Source of the DNA: Octopus sinensis
Lineage: Eukaryota
Assembly: GCF_006345805.1 (NCBI RefSeq)
Contig: NC_043003.1
Coordinates: forward strand, 111,166,001 to 111,230,000
Length of the DNA stretch: 64,000 nucleotides
Direction: 5' to 3'
Every line of letters begins with the position of its first letter. Position 1 is the first letter of the stretch. A program made the position numbers and the translations under genes. The notes beneath the pieces are model-generated. The model worked only from the letters and a program-made list of their open reading frames with translations. It was not told the origin of the DNA and ran no database searches. Below are positions 41,093 to 54,389 of the stretch, piece by piece.

Positions 41093-41289
41093 TATATATA
41101 TGTATATGTACTTGAGATTCAATTGAATTAGGTACTTAAGTTGAAGCGCCAAATCAGTCCGGTATTATCAGCACACCTCGAAGTAGGGTGAATAAAATTG
41201 AAAGAGCAGTAGGATATCAAGTAGTGATACAATACGACTGTTTCAAGCAGCTCCTATACTCATTAAAAACGATACCAACAGATGACAAT

Positions 41290-41850
41290 ACAGGCGACCT
41301 AATTGTGGAACATGCTTATACCTAACTAAAGGCTCGGAATTCACATTCCAGCAAGTCAAAAATTCTCAATTAAGACCAACTTCACATGTACTTCCCAGAA
41401 CCTTATCTATTTCGTAACCTGCTCAGGTTGTGGTCACAATTATGTGGGCGAAACGAACCTTACTTTGAGACGTAGTGTCACGCTGCATAAAGAACAGATT
41501 CGTTTCCCTCAATACAGGCAGTTAGCACTGAGCGGACATATCGACAGATTCGTAAGTAATAGAACGCTGAATGTTCATACCTTCCCATTATACCAATGCA
41601 AAGATTCAATTTCAGTACAAGAACGCCTAAACAAGAAAACCTGTTTGTACAAAAGAACAGTCCATATCTCAATATACAAATTTGACAATTTAAAAATTAT
41701 AGTAAGAAGCCAGTTGTCCCCCTTGCCACCTGTTGCCTCCCATGGTTCACTTTCTAGATTCATTCTCATTTTTCAAACATCCAAAATGAGGAAACTTGAT
41801 CACAGTACAATACCCCTTGAAAAGCTAATTTAAAGGCGAATACCGGTTAG
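41290..41850 (+). mobile_element. Neptune-type PLE GIY-YIG endonuclease fragment with degenerate terminal hammerhead (41815-41850)
   Basis: RPNCGTC...FSIKTNFTCTSQNLIYFVTCSGCGHNYVGETNLTLRRSVTLHKEQI...LSGHI; frameshifted; downstream cttgaaaagc...gcGAAtACCGGT. Confidence 0.78.
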
Positions 41851-42035
41851 ATTTCACAACATCCATATAATATGTATATATTTATAAAAAATGTATTAAA
41901 CTATATAAAACGTAGTTATTTCTTTTCTACTTTTTATATATGTTTGCTGCATATTTTCAACTATATATATATTGTTTCCATAAAAAGAAAGGAAAATTAT
42001 TTCTTGTATGCACATATATATATATATTATATATA

Positions 42036-42476
42036 TTATTATATAGAAGGAGCTCTACAGGACTAGTACTGTTTCATTCAGAGAATCTTCAGAAGCTATT
42101 TAACAAGAATTGTATTAGCATTATACATTTAGGCAGGTTTAAAGGAGTGTGGTGGGGGACTTTTTTGGGGGTAGGCATAGCGCAAAATATCATACTTGGG
42201 GAGTGGTCAAGGAGTCAGTGGTATTAGATGAAAGAATAGATAAATATTTTTTTTTTTATTTATCTATTCTTTCATCTAACTTACCACTGACTCCTTGACC
42301 ACTCCCCCAAGTATGATATTTTGCGCTATGCCTACCCCCAAAAAGTCCCCCCACCACCACTCCTTTAAACCTGCCTAAATGTATAAATGCTAATACAATT
42401 CTTGTTAAATAGCTTCCTGAAGATTTCTCTTGAATGAAACAGTACTAGTCCTGTAGAAGCTCCTTCTATATAATAA
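42036..42476. mobile_element. Fold-back palindrome (about 210 bp arms, T10 spacer) with outward-facing hammerheads; arms differ only by indels
   Basis: Left arm 42036-42246, right arm 42257-42476; about 10 small indels and no substitutions seen. Confidence 0.8.
42411..42461 (+). ncRNA. Type I hammerhead candidate, cleavage after GUA at 42455 (mirror copy 42051-42097 on minus)
   Basis: agcttc CTGAAGA t ttc tctt gaa t GAAA cag tactagtc ctgt A gaagct: stem I 6 bp, stem III 4 bp, short stem II. Confidence 0.6.
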
Positions 42477-42575
42477 ATTAATTTTACTCTGCTATGTATT
42501 GAGTACCTACTTACTGTGGTTAACCCCGGTTCAACCCGGGACCTACATATATATATATATATATATATATATAGA

Positions 42576-42601
42576 TGGTGTGTGGTTGTATGTGGTGTCT
42601 G

Positions 42602-42644
<43 letters not shown>

Positions 42645-43681
42645 ATAACACACAAGGGTAAAGGGATGGAGCAGAAAAGATCCGAGCTATATAATTTCGT
42701 AACGCGCGGAACCTGAGAAGTGGTGAATATCAAAGCGAGGAGCATACCGCAGGCTACTTTTCAGGCGAAGGATATCTTGATTAAGAACTTTTTTCAGTTT
42801 TCGTAATTCTAAATGAAACAATTCCACAAAAGTACTTCACAAAAACCTTTTCTTTCAGAAGTTTTATTGTATATAATACGAATTGCTTCAACTAGCTTTT
42901 CATCTTACACACAGATCCCTGGCTCTCATATATATCTGATAGACCTATTGTTTCGTATCTGCTTTGATAATGTCACAGGAAGCAACAACATATTTCAGAA
43001 GATGGCACTGAATGACTGATCAAAAATTACTCCAACTATTGATTAGTTAATTAGGTAACCAGATAACATTAGGGATACAATAATAAAAGTAACATTATTA
43101 ATCGGGAATTATTACGCATGTTTTAATTAGCAAAATGGCACTCCCAAATTGTAATAACAATTGCATAATGGAACTGATGTAGAAAACTGCACTCGTTGTT
43201 TACTGAGTTTGATCCATAGATATAATATAAAAACTAATGAAATGGTAAAAAAAAGAAACGACGTGTTGCCAAGACATATGCATTAAGAATGTGCACGTTT
43301 ATCATCTCTACTTATAATCAGCGAAATGTTTTCGCACGAGGATTTATATGCGGACTGATGTGGGAAGTTTAGAAGTCAATAATGCAAAGAAATCCAATAG
43401 ATGTACTTATATGTATATGCGTGTATGATACATCCACAGGCACACCCACCCACACACACACACACTGACACGCAAGCATACAGACACACGCGCGCGTGCA
43501 CATACGCACGTACAATCATATATAGAAGCAATTAGAGGTAAACAAGCATATATATATTTACATACGTATATAATATATATATATGCGCGTATTTAGAAAT
43601 ATATAGCAATTTTTATATATTGATATATATATATATATATATATATGCGCGTTTTTAGAAATATGTAGTAAATTTTATATA

Positions 43682-43723
<42 letters not shown>

Positions 43724-43742
43724 ATATTATATATATATATAT

Positions 43743-43773
<31 letters not shown>

Positions 43774-43789
43774 TTTATGTGTGTGTCTG

Positions 43790-43839
<50 letters not shown>

Positions 43840-44869
43840 AGGGTAAAGGGATGGAGCAGAAAAGATCCGAGCTATATAAGTTTCGTAACGCGCGGAACCT
43901 GAGAAGTGGTGAATATCAAAGCGAGGAGCATACCGCAGGCTACTTTTCAGGCGAAGGATATCTTGATTAAGAACTTTTTTCAGTTTATCGTAATTCTAAA
44001 TGAAACAATTCCACAAAAGTACTTCACAACAAACAACTTTTCTTTCAGAAAGTTTTATTGTATATAATACGAATTGCTTCAAGCTAGCTTTCATCTTACA
44101 CACAGATCCCTGGCTCTCATATATATCTGATAGACCTATTGTTTCGTATCTGCTTTGATAATGTCACAGGAAGCAACAACATATTTCAGAAGATGGCACT
44201 GAATGACTGATCAAAAATTACTCCAACTATTGATTAGTTAATTAGGTAACCAGATAACATTAGGGATACAATAATAAAAGTAACATTATATAATCGGGAA
44301 TTATTACGCATGTTTTAATTAGCAAAATGGCACTCCCAAATTGTAATAACAATTGCATAATGGAACTGATGTAGAAAACTGCACTCGTTGTTTACTGAGT
44401 TTGATCCATAGATATAATATAAAAACTAATGAAATGGTAAAAAAAAGAAACGACGTGTTGCCAAGACATATGCATTAAGAATGTGCACGTTTATCATCTC
44501 TACTTATAATCAGCGAAATGTTTTCGCACGAGGATTTATATGCGGACTGATGTGGGAAGTTTAGAAGTCAATAATGCAAAGAAATCCAATAGATGTACTT
44601 ATATGTATATGCGTGTATGAATACATCCACAGGCACACCCACCCACACACACACACTGACACGCAAGCATACAGACACACGCGCGCGTGCACATACGCAC
44701 GTACAATCATATATAGAAGCAATTAGAGGTAAACAAGCATATATATATTTACATACGTATATATATATATATATGCGCGTATTTAGAAATATATAGCAAT
44801 TTTTATATATTGATATATATATATATATATATATGCGCGTTTTTAGAAATATGTAGTAAATTTTATATA

Positions 44870-44905
<36 letters not shown>
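42576..44905 (+). repeat. Tandem duplication, period about 1185 bp (copies about 42576-43760 and 43765-44905)
   Basis: cacaagggtaaaggg at 42651 and 43836; differences are almost all indels; possible assembly duplication. Confidence 0.9.
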
Positions 44906-44928
<23 letters not shown>

Positions 44929-46684
44929 ATATATATGTATGTGTATGTGAATATTATATTATATGTATGTATATGTGTGTATGTTAGCGTGTATTATTGT
45001 ATAAGCAAGTATATATGTATCTATATATACAAATATGTATGCACCTAGATTACGATAAAGACTCTCACCTATATTATTCTGCATCGTGAACATATATTTG
45101 CTGTATTATGTTTCTGTCAGCTCAGTAGAATATAAATAATGAAGATAAATTGTAAGAGAGCTGCAGAAATATATTTTTTGCTAAGGATATCTATTCGAAT
45201 ATCAGTCTGTAAACCTGGTTCATGTCTTATGCTTGGGAGCAAACATTGCAGTTTATAATTAACTTAAATGGATTCTTTCCGCAAAACATTGCTTTCTATC
45301 AAATCTGTATAAGTTTCATTCTTACACATTTGAGATATTTGGTATGAGTTATTTGTTGATCTTATTAGAAAGCCGTTGGGTTTTCTTACCGGAAGAAACT
45401 GACGAGATCATTCTGTCACCTCATTTATTTTAATGTCAACTTGAGACTTTTCCATATATAAATTCCACAAACGGTAATCTTCATCCACCTTCTTATAGCA
45501 ACTTATATAGATTAATCTTTTTATGCTATATGAGCGTGATTTAGTGAAGGTAGAGTGATAATTTCATCCAATTAGGGGATAATGCCATCAGCATGCAACG
45601 CCGAACATATAGAAGAAGGATATCTTGGACACGTCTTTGGTGAATAAGTTTTTAACTAAATTGCGCACAGAATTTTATGACTTTGGATAAGATTGTATAA
45701 CTTTGAGACAAATAAAATTTGACTGATTGTGTCTATGACATGGTCTGAGGAAAAGTATTTTAAATTGAAATATCATTTTCTGTGACAACAGGTCAGTTTA
45801 AAATCCATCTCTTCTCTAAAAGTTATTCCAACATAGAAACTAATGAAATATCTTGTCGTTTTACTGTATAACATTTGTTAATATGGTCCTTCATGATTTT
45901 TTACACACAGATTTAAAGTAGCATCATAACTGGCACCCCGTTACAAAAAAGACAGAATTATGCTACCAACAATGATGGTAAATATTATCGTCATTAAATA
46001 TATTAATGAAGCAACCATTTCTCACATTGAAATGCTACAGACCTCTCTTACAAAGTTATATATGCATACCTTCATCCACATACAAGTACACAGGCACACG
46101 CACTTCATATCAGCTTTTGATACTATGCTATCTTAGATAAAAAAATGTTTGATTTTAAACTAAAGGATTGATCTATGCATTTTACATGCTACGTCAAATC
46201 TGTAGACAGCATGAGTCTCTGAATCTACATCTGATACTACTCATATAGTAAGTGAAGCTTTCAAACCAAACACGTTGGTATTGCTTTAAAAGGTACGGTT
46301 TGACGTCTGCATTTGGACACTTCTATAATTTTAGAGGTACATGCCGGCATATAATACATGTATACATACTTCTCATGTGTGTGTGATTGTGTATGTATGT
46401 GTGTGCGTATAGTCCTGTATTTGTGTAATATATTGCGTAAATAAAATATAGTGTAATATGTACACTCCACGTATAGAGGACCACGAAGCGATAAAATGGT
46501 TTCTTAAAATTATATCGCACTTTCTACGTTTTCAACGTGGATTATACATACATATCCACACACACACACACACATAAATATATATATTTAGATAGATCAA
46601 TAGATGGTTGTTTATGCATATATATAGATGAGATGTTTCTGTGTGCACTTATACATGTGTGTATATATATATATATGTATGTAC

Positions 46685-46722
<38 letters not shown>

Positions 46723-46759
46723 AGGCATACGTGTACCTACTCTCACATACTTATTTACG

Positions 46760-46866
<107 letters not shown>

Positions 46867-48567
46867 ATGTATGTATGTATACATTAATCAGTAACACGCG
46901 CGGGCATTTCATGCTTTATTCGTACACTTTTTATCATTTTACTTTTCTTCTCTCCTAAAATCAAGATAATATCCGTTTGTTTCTCCCTTGAGATTATGAT
47001 GGTGTGACGATAATGATGGCAATAATGAATATTGCTTCCTCCTGTTGTTCGCCACCAAAACTCTACGTTTCAAAACAAATTTATCACTGAAAGCGAAGTA
47101 TTTCTCAAACATGTTTACAATACAAAATCTTTTATTCTACATTAATTTGACGGGCGTCATCATAAAACTGTCTTGAGTGCCATTTAAATGGACTTGAACA
47201 CCCTCAGAGGAAATATATTATAATCATAATGGATAATAAATACGTGAAAACAATGTATCATCGTGTTGTATGGTGTTTTCTGGGGATTACATTCATTTTA
47301 TTATGGTCAATATGCATTCAGGTACATTGAATAAAAATACCGTATTCGAAAATGGTGTTAGAGATAGACTGTTCATAGTGTTTCTATTACATTTATTGCA
47401 AACAAACGTACTAGATTTATGGACATGTTTATACGGATTTATTTCGCTACATAGGTTTCTATTCGCCGCTTTTTCTTTCGTTTTTTTTCAAGACAAAAGG
47501 TTATATATAGTTTTTCAGTATTATAGCCCTTTTGGGTGTTGAGTTTTGAATGGTGTGACCAATATATTTATTCTGAAGTGTCACAGTTCAAGTAGCTGTA
47601 ATTACTAGTAATAAGTATAAATCATTGCCTAGGAAGTAAACTATGGTAGCACGGTATGATTAACGAGTTTTCCATAATTTCATGATTATCTCAGGATAGA
47701 AGTAGTACAATTATTTCTGTGGAAGAGCAAATGTTTGATTCTATGCCCTACATTAATAAGGAAAGTGAATACTACTGTAGTGTTGTATCTCTCTTTAACT
47801 AAGTCGTGAGATATACACAGACGCACATTTATACATATGTGTGTAAATGTGTATATATATGTATATGTATTGTGTGTGTCTGTGTTGAAAAAATTCGATA
47901 CTAGAAATTTTGAACGTGGTGAATTTTAGTGAAAAATTTAGTGATTATGTTATTTCATACTATCATAAGAAGCTTTCATTCGATGCCAGTAGAAGGATGC
48001 ACATTTTACATCTACTCATATAAATGCATTTATATGCACACATACATATGCGCACAAATACGTATGCGCGCGCACGTATATCCAAACATATACACAACCC
48101 CACCAACACTAATTTTCTTCACACAGAGAGAACTTTGGGCAGATGTCGACAGTACTTGGAGCAAAGAAAGCATCTCAAAACGGTTACTAGACTAGTGATT
48201 GTGGCAGCACTTAAAATGACCAGTAAAGGAACTTAAAATTAGTTGAGAATGATCCCTGGATTACCATTCTGGGAGGGATCCGAAAAGATAGAATTAAGTG
48301 TTAACTGTAAATGCAAACAAGTAGTATATGAAAATAAAGGATGGTGGTAGACGACTAATTAGTATAAGGAGTGAAAGGAGAACGCTTCCCGAGTATTTGA
48401 TAAATTGTGACGAAGATCTGCAGTAATATACCGGGATCCATATTATTATTGATACTTTTAAATGCTATAGGTAAAACGATAATTATAATGATAATCACTG
48501 TGGTCATGGAGGCCACACAGTGCAATCACGTTATTTATCATACACGTGCACGTGTATATACAAATAA

Positions 48568-48843
48568 AGAGAGGAAGATAGAATTCGGGTCTCAATAGCA
48601 ACTCACGTGGGAGCCCCACGAGCGAATCATGAAATCATGATGCAGCACAACAATGAAAGAATTAACGGTGAGAATGAAGTTATAACCGTTCATGGCGATG
48701 GTTTCCCGCCCAGCACCTCCAAAACCGTCCGCATCAGGGGCAGTGATCTGACCTCGGACCGCCGTTATGTCGCAACAAGCAGCATACATTGTGTGCGCAA
48801 AAAACAAAAAAAAACAAACAGATATATGTGGAAGAGGGAATAG
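48568..48843. other. CpG-rich unique segment, possible host exon (strand undetermined)
   Basis: Plus frame open 48568-48843; minus strand offers AG/GTGAGT boundaries for a 141 nt in-frame exon 48747-48607; no recognisable protein. Confidence 0.25.
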
Positions 48844-48944
48844 TGCGATTCACTTACTGAATATCATGAAAGAGCAAAACTGAAAAGAAGTCGCTGAATA
48901 GGCCGATGTTGCTGGAAGTTTTTAATGGAATGGGACACAAAATA

Positions 48945-49024
48945 ACATTATTTTCATTTGACGGATATTTGTCCTCATCTTATTTATTATTGACACAACG
49001 TTTCGGCTGGTATATCCTCCAGCC
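48945..49024 (-). mobile_element. Inverted PLE 3' end (34.3 kb family), hammerhead truncated just before CUGAUGA
   Basis: Reverse complement ggctggaggatataccagccGAAAcgttgtgtc...gatgaggacaaatatccgtcaaatg. Confidence 0.8.
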
Positions 49025-49043
49025 TAGTATACCAATAAGACAC

Positions 49044-49176
49044 TTGATGGGAATGTTTGACATCTGTGTAGAAACTACCTACTTCAGTATGGACACATAT
49101 ATATATATATATACATACATAATATATATATATATATATAATATATATATATATATTTAATATATATATATATATA

Positions 49177-49220
<44 letters not shown>

Positions 49221-49710
49221 AAGAAGTGGCTTTAGCTATGGGTTCGCTATTATCACTGATAATAGCCAATATACATATGGAATACTATGAGAATGTGGCT
49301 TTAGGATCGACACCACTAAAACGAATATATGGCTGAGTTATGCTGATGAAACCTTTGTTCTCTGGTCCCACCAGGATGATGTCCAAGTGCTATTAGATCA
49401 TGTGAACTCATTAATGCCATCCATAGAGTTCACAATGGAAAACGAAAAAGACAATCACCTAGCATTCCTGGACGTATTAATAACACGCACCAAGTACGGA
49501 TTCATGACATTGGTATACCACAACCCGACCTTCACTGAACGATACATCAACTTGAATTCTCTCTATCCATACAGTTTAAAGAGAGGGATTGGTCAGTGCC
49601 TAAAACATCGAGTAAAGTATATAAGTAGCGATCGTGATAAACACCACGAAGATATGATCAAGCTCAGTAACAATTTATGAAGCAACAACCACTCCAAAAA
49701 CATACTATCC
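49044..49710 (+). pseudogene. Penelope-like reverse transcriptase fragment, interrupted by (TA)n at about 49096-49215
   Basis: FDICVETTYF, AMGSLLSLIIANIHME, WLSYADETFVLW, SIEFTMENEKDNHLAFLDVLI, VYHNPTFTERYIN and KRGIGQCLKHR match the PLE RT core and thumb. Confidence 0.88.
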
Positions 49711-49789
49711 ACTCCAATTATAAAGAACAGAAAGGATGACACCAATAAAATTTCTACAGGAGAAATTACGACTTAAGAAAACAAAATAT

Positions 49790-52369
49790 GGGGTAGCAAA
49801 AAACCACGATGGAAATGTCGCATTGAAAGTGACATAATGCAGGCAATGCAAGAACAAAGAAAAAATTGAGCAATGGTTAAGGGAAACTGGAAAAATTGGA
49901 AACAATCCGACCGAGAAAGATTAGAGAAGAAACATAAACTACGGAAGAACGGGTTTGATGCATTAATAGAGCAGTTAAAACAGAGGATCACGGCAAAATG
50001 CCAGAAGATCAGAATATTTGTGAACAGAAATAAGTAGTTCGAGTAGTTCTTCGGAAATTTAGAAGAAGACAACGGGAAATAAGTTGCTCTTGATGAAAAT
50101 CAAGCCAAGGAGTACTGGAGCGGATTATGGGGAAACGCTGTGGCATAAGATCATGCACTGTGGATAGGAAATATCAAGAGAGAATTACAAGGAGGAAAGA
50201 AACGAAGAAATATTGTCATTAGCACGGGTGACGTGAAAGAACAAGTTGGTAAAGTGCGTAACTGGAAAACTCCCGGACGAGATTGGATTCATGGCTTTTG
50301 TCTGAAGAGATGCCACGCGGTGTATGAAAGACTAGCAGCCCAATTGAATGAGTGCGTCCAGAAAAGTATAGTCACTGCGTGGATGGTGACTGCGAAGACA
50401 ACACTTATAATGAATATAGAAGAAAGGGGAATATTGTGAGAAACTATAGTCCTATAGAATGCCTAAACATAATCTAGAAGATACTCACTGGAATATGTGC
50501 AGCAAAGACAAACACTTTCTTAGCACAGGAAGAAATATTACGAAGTGAACAAAAAGGGTCACCTGGTCATCGATAAAACGGTTTTGAGGCAGTGTACAAA
50601 ACATTATCCAAACATGTCTATGGCTTGGATTGAATTCAAGAAGGCATATGATATGATGCCTCATTCTTGGATCGTTGAATACCTGCAGATATTTGATGCT
50701 GCTGTCAACATCACGAATTTTCTGATGCATAGCATAAAAGAGTGGAAAACCAAATTGTACTCAAGTAAGGTATTCCTTGGAGAAGTTAATATTAAAAGTG
50801 GAATCTTTCAAGGTGACTCGTTTTCTCCGTTACTAATTGTAATTGCACTAATACCCATAACAATGACACTTATGAAATTAAGGTGGGTTATCAATGTTGG
50901 AAGAGACGCCCATCATTGAACCATCTTCTGTTTACAGATGACATGAAATTGTTTGGGAAATCTGAAAGTCAGATAGATTCCTTATCGAAAACATTCCAGA
51001 AGTGTGGTAGGGACATCGGTATGGAATCTGGGATCACCAAATGCTCAGTACTTAATATGAAAAGAAGGAAGAAAGTAGCCTGCAGAGGATTGCAGTTATC
51101 ATCAGGAGAGACCCTGGGTGGACCCGACGGTAGTGGTTATAGATATTTAGGGATTTGGGAGCTGGATGACATTCTACACAGGGAAATGAAAGTCACGGTC
51201 AGCGAGGGGTATCAAAAGGGGGTGAAGATGGTATTTAAAGCCAACCAGAATGACAAACACACGATTACTGCAATGAATATCTGGGTAGTTGCGGTGGTCA
51301 GATATAGTGCGTCCATCCTCAAATGGTCTTAGGAGGAAATATCAACACTGAATAGAAGGGCGAGAAAGTTGTTGACGTTGCATGGGGCGCTACACCCTAA
51401 AGCAAATATAAACAGACTGTATATTAAAAGAGAGAATAGTGGCAGAGGACTAATAAGTATATAAGGAGTGAAATGAGAACACTTGCTGTGTATTTGATAA
51501 CTAGTGATGAAGACCTGCTGCAATATGCCTCGAAAGATATGAGTGTAAAGGCAGAGGAAATGATGAGCATGGAAGAGCTTAACCAAAACGATGAGGAGAG
51601 GGGAAATAAAAACTTCTTGAAATGAGAATGCATGGACAGTTTAAAAGGAATACACAGGACGTTAAGTATAATACAGCATTGTGGGCATGGCTTGAGCGAG
51701 GTGATTCGAAGTGTACCAGCGAAAGCATGATCATTGCTGCACAAGACCAGGCTATTGCTACCAGTTCATCTATAAATCTTCTGACATTCAGAAATGGAGA
51801 CTCTGTGGAAAGAGTGTGGAAAATGTGACCTACCTGCTATGTGGATGTGAGAGCCCTGCACAAAATGAATACAAGCGCCACCACGATAATATATATATAT
51901 GTACCTTCATTGGCTCTTATGCCGTAAATACCAATATGAAGGAACAGAGAAATGGTATGAGCATGTACCAAGTAAAGTTATGCAGGAGGATCTAAAAGTA
52001 ACGATACTCTGGGATTATGTCAGATCGTTGATATAGCTATACTAAATGACACGAATGTTGTGAGTAAAGAAGTTGAAAATATCACCAAGTACTCCGAATT
52101 CAATGTCGAAATGACAAGACTGTATGGAATCCCAGAGAATAATGTAAAAGTGATACTAGTGATGTTCGGTGGTTTGGCTCAATCCCATTCAAACGTCAAG
52201 ACTTTTTAAGGCAACTGGATATCCCATGCAAGATTCAGGTCTTGCAAAAAGCAGTCTTATTGGGTACAGCGCAAACCTTAACGAAAGTATTATGTATCTG
52301 AGGTCCTTGTCGTGACTTGACAGATGACTAAAGATTCCGGTGCATTTTTACCTACACTGTCTTGCGAAG
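49790..52369 (+). mobile_element. R4/Dong-clade LINE (family B), long decayed ORF2 (RT, CCHC remnant, REL) plus 3' UTR and (TAA)n tail
   Basis: PRWKCRIE, NWKTPGRDWIHGF, MAWIEFKKAYDMMPHSWI, GIFQGDSFSPLL, HLLFTDDMKLF, YRYLGI, LHPKANINRLYIKRENSGRGLI, AAQDQA, EYKRHHDN and QKAVLLGTA; many stops and frameshifts; 5' junction approximate. Confidence 0.9.
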
Positions 52370-52431
52370 TAATAATAATAATAATAAGAAGAAGAAGAAG
52401 AAGAAGAAGAAGAAAACGAATGATAAAAATA

Positions 52432-52578
52432 ATGGAAGAAATATGGGCTGCACTTGCTGCTTGGAACCGCTCGAATACTACGGATGGTGCTTGAAAGATA
52501 ATGGTTGTTACCTTAATTCAATAGTAGTGAACAGCTGGCACCGTAGTATATCTCCAGAGATAGAAGCAGTGCAAAGGC
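52432..52578 (+). mobile_element. 3' end of Dong family A (homologous to 25015-25157), followed by (TAAA)n/(TAA)n
   Basis: Shared cggatggtgct, tgttacctta, gaacagctggcaccgta and agaagcag motifs. Confidence 0.78.
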
Positions 52579-52636
52579 AATAAATAAATAAATAAATAAC
52601 AACAATAATAATAATAATATAATAATAATAATAATA

Positions 52637-52673
<37 letters not shown>

Positions 52674-52676
52674 CAG

Positions 52677-52885
52677 TTCTACTAAGGCACAAGGCCTGAA
52701 CTTTTGCGGGGCGGGGTCAAGACGTTGTCTTCGAACCCAGTGTTTAACTGGCATTTATTTTATGTTCCCCAAAAGGATGAAAGGCGAATTCGACTTTGGC
52801 AGAATTTGAACTGAGAACATAAAAATGGACGAAATACCGCTCAGCATTTTTCTCGACAGGGTTAGAGATTCTGCCAGCTCGCTGC
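52677..52885 (-). mobile_element. SINE family A copy
   Basis: aaggatgaaaggc, gaatttgaactgagaac and ttctgccagctcgc motifs. Confidence 0.82.
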
Positions 52886-52896
52886 TTTAATAATAA

Positions 52897-53090
52897 TTTC
52901 AAATTTTGGGACAGGGCTAGTAATTTCGAAGAAGGAGTAAGTGGATTACATCGATTCCAATACTCAACTTGTACCTACCTTATCTACCCCGAAAGGATGG
53001 GTAGCATAGTCGACATCGGTGAATTTGAACTCAGAACGTTAAGACAGAGGAAATTCCACAAAGCACTTTGCCAGGCATGCTGACAGCTCT
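52897..53090 (-). mobile_element. SINE family A copy, decayed, tandem to the previous one
   Basis: accccgaaaggatg and gaatttgaactcagaacgtt motifs. Confidence 0.7.
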
Positions 53091-53599
53091 CTACGGCATT
53101 ACACGTTTTTCATAACGTATAAACAGGCCTATCTATGTTTTGCGATATATAGTATCTTATAATATTCTTAAAATTCACACACAACTTTACTAATTATATA
53201 CTTAATTCAAGAAAAATTATTTTGTTAAGTGTAGCTTCTAAAATGACCATTACACGGTCCAATTACAACTGAAATTCCGGTCCGGTTTAATCTCATTCTC
53301 TGCAAAGCCTCATTTAGCATAGCGAATGCGCGAGGACAACGTTATGGTTTTAGAAATGAAACAACCCAAACGCAAAATGGCTTATATAAACAATTTAATT
53401 TGAAGTCCTGCAATACTTCTCAGACCTAAAAATATCTTGAGTGCAGTAAGAGCTTCCATGCTAATTTCATATTTGACATTATGCAAATATAGATTCACGA
53501 AGAAGTAGAAAAAAAATTCAATTTTCAGACTAAACTAAAAATATTCACGAAAGAGATAATAAACTGTACCAAAAAAAGTGATAATACACAATAAAAAAA

Positions 53600-53850
53600 G
53601 TTATGCGTCTATATCGTGTTATACATTATTTATGGATATAATATTTATCGTCTAGCAACCGCAAGAGTGCACGGGGTGAATTAAATAATATATTTCTTTG
53701 GCCAATAATATATTAGCCAAAGAAATAATTCAGGCTACATTCATGCAGCTCTTTAGAATTTATGAATAGAGATGTTTCAGAAATAGAACTTGCATTGCAA
53801 ATTATAAATAAATATTCAAATATCGTCCTCTTTATTTGTCCACTCGCCCA
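53600..53850 (+). repeat. About 250 bp AT-rich local module, diverged copies at about 54498-54690, 62440-62700 and starting at about 63980
   Basis: Collinear motifs ttatg.gtctatat, ggtgaatt.aataatata and tttagaatttatgaata.agatgtttca.aaatagaa. Confidence 0.65.
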
Positions 53851-54331
53851 GATAAATTAATTAACAATTTAATAATATACTCAGAGTGTATTTCCTTTTT
53901 ATATATACGTATACGAACTGTTCATATACCAGTAATTTTATGTAAAATATACTGTATGAAACTTAAATAATTATCCAGATTCATTGTTCAGTTTTATTTC
54001 AAGATTTATTGTCGATAGAGAAAAAGCCGGTTTCTAGCCTAGATTCAAGGCTCATTCATTTGAATTTCACCACCAACAACATGATATTTTTTATAGTATG
54101 TATACATGCAGATTTGTATGTTTTACTTTATGTATGCATCTTCATGTTTATAGTTACATATCTAGGCATACTCATATATATTTAAATGATAAACTTTTAG
54201 AAGGTTTTACACATTTTTACAGTTCCAGCTTTACATTTTACTTTTAATAATCTTCTTTTTCAAAAGTGAAACCGGTCAAGTCAATAACCATCTTTAAAAT
54301 ACCTCTGCATTTTCAAATCCTCTTTCCTCTC

Positions 54332-54389
<58 letters not shown>

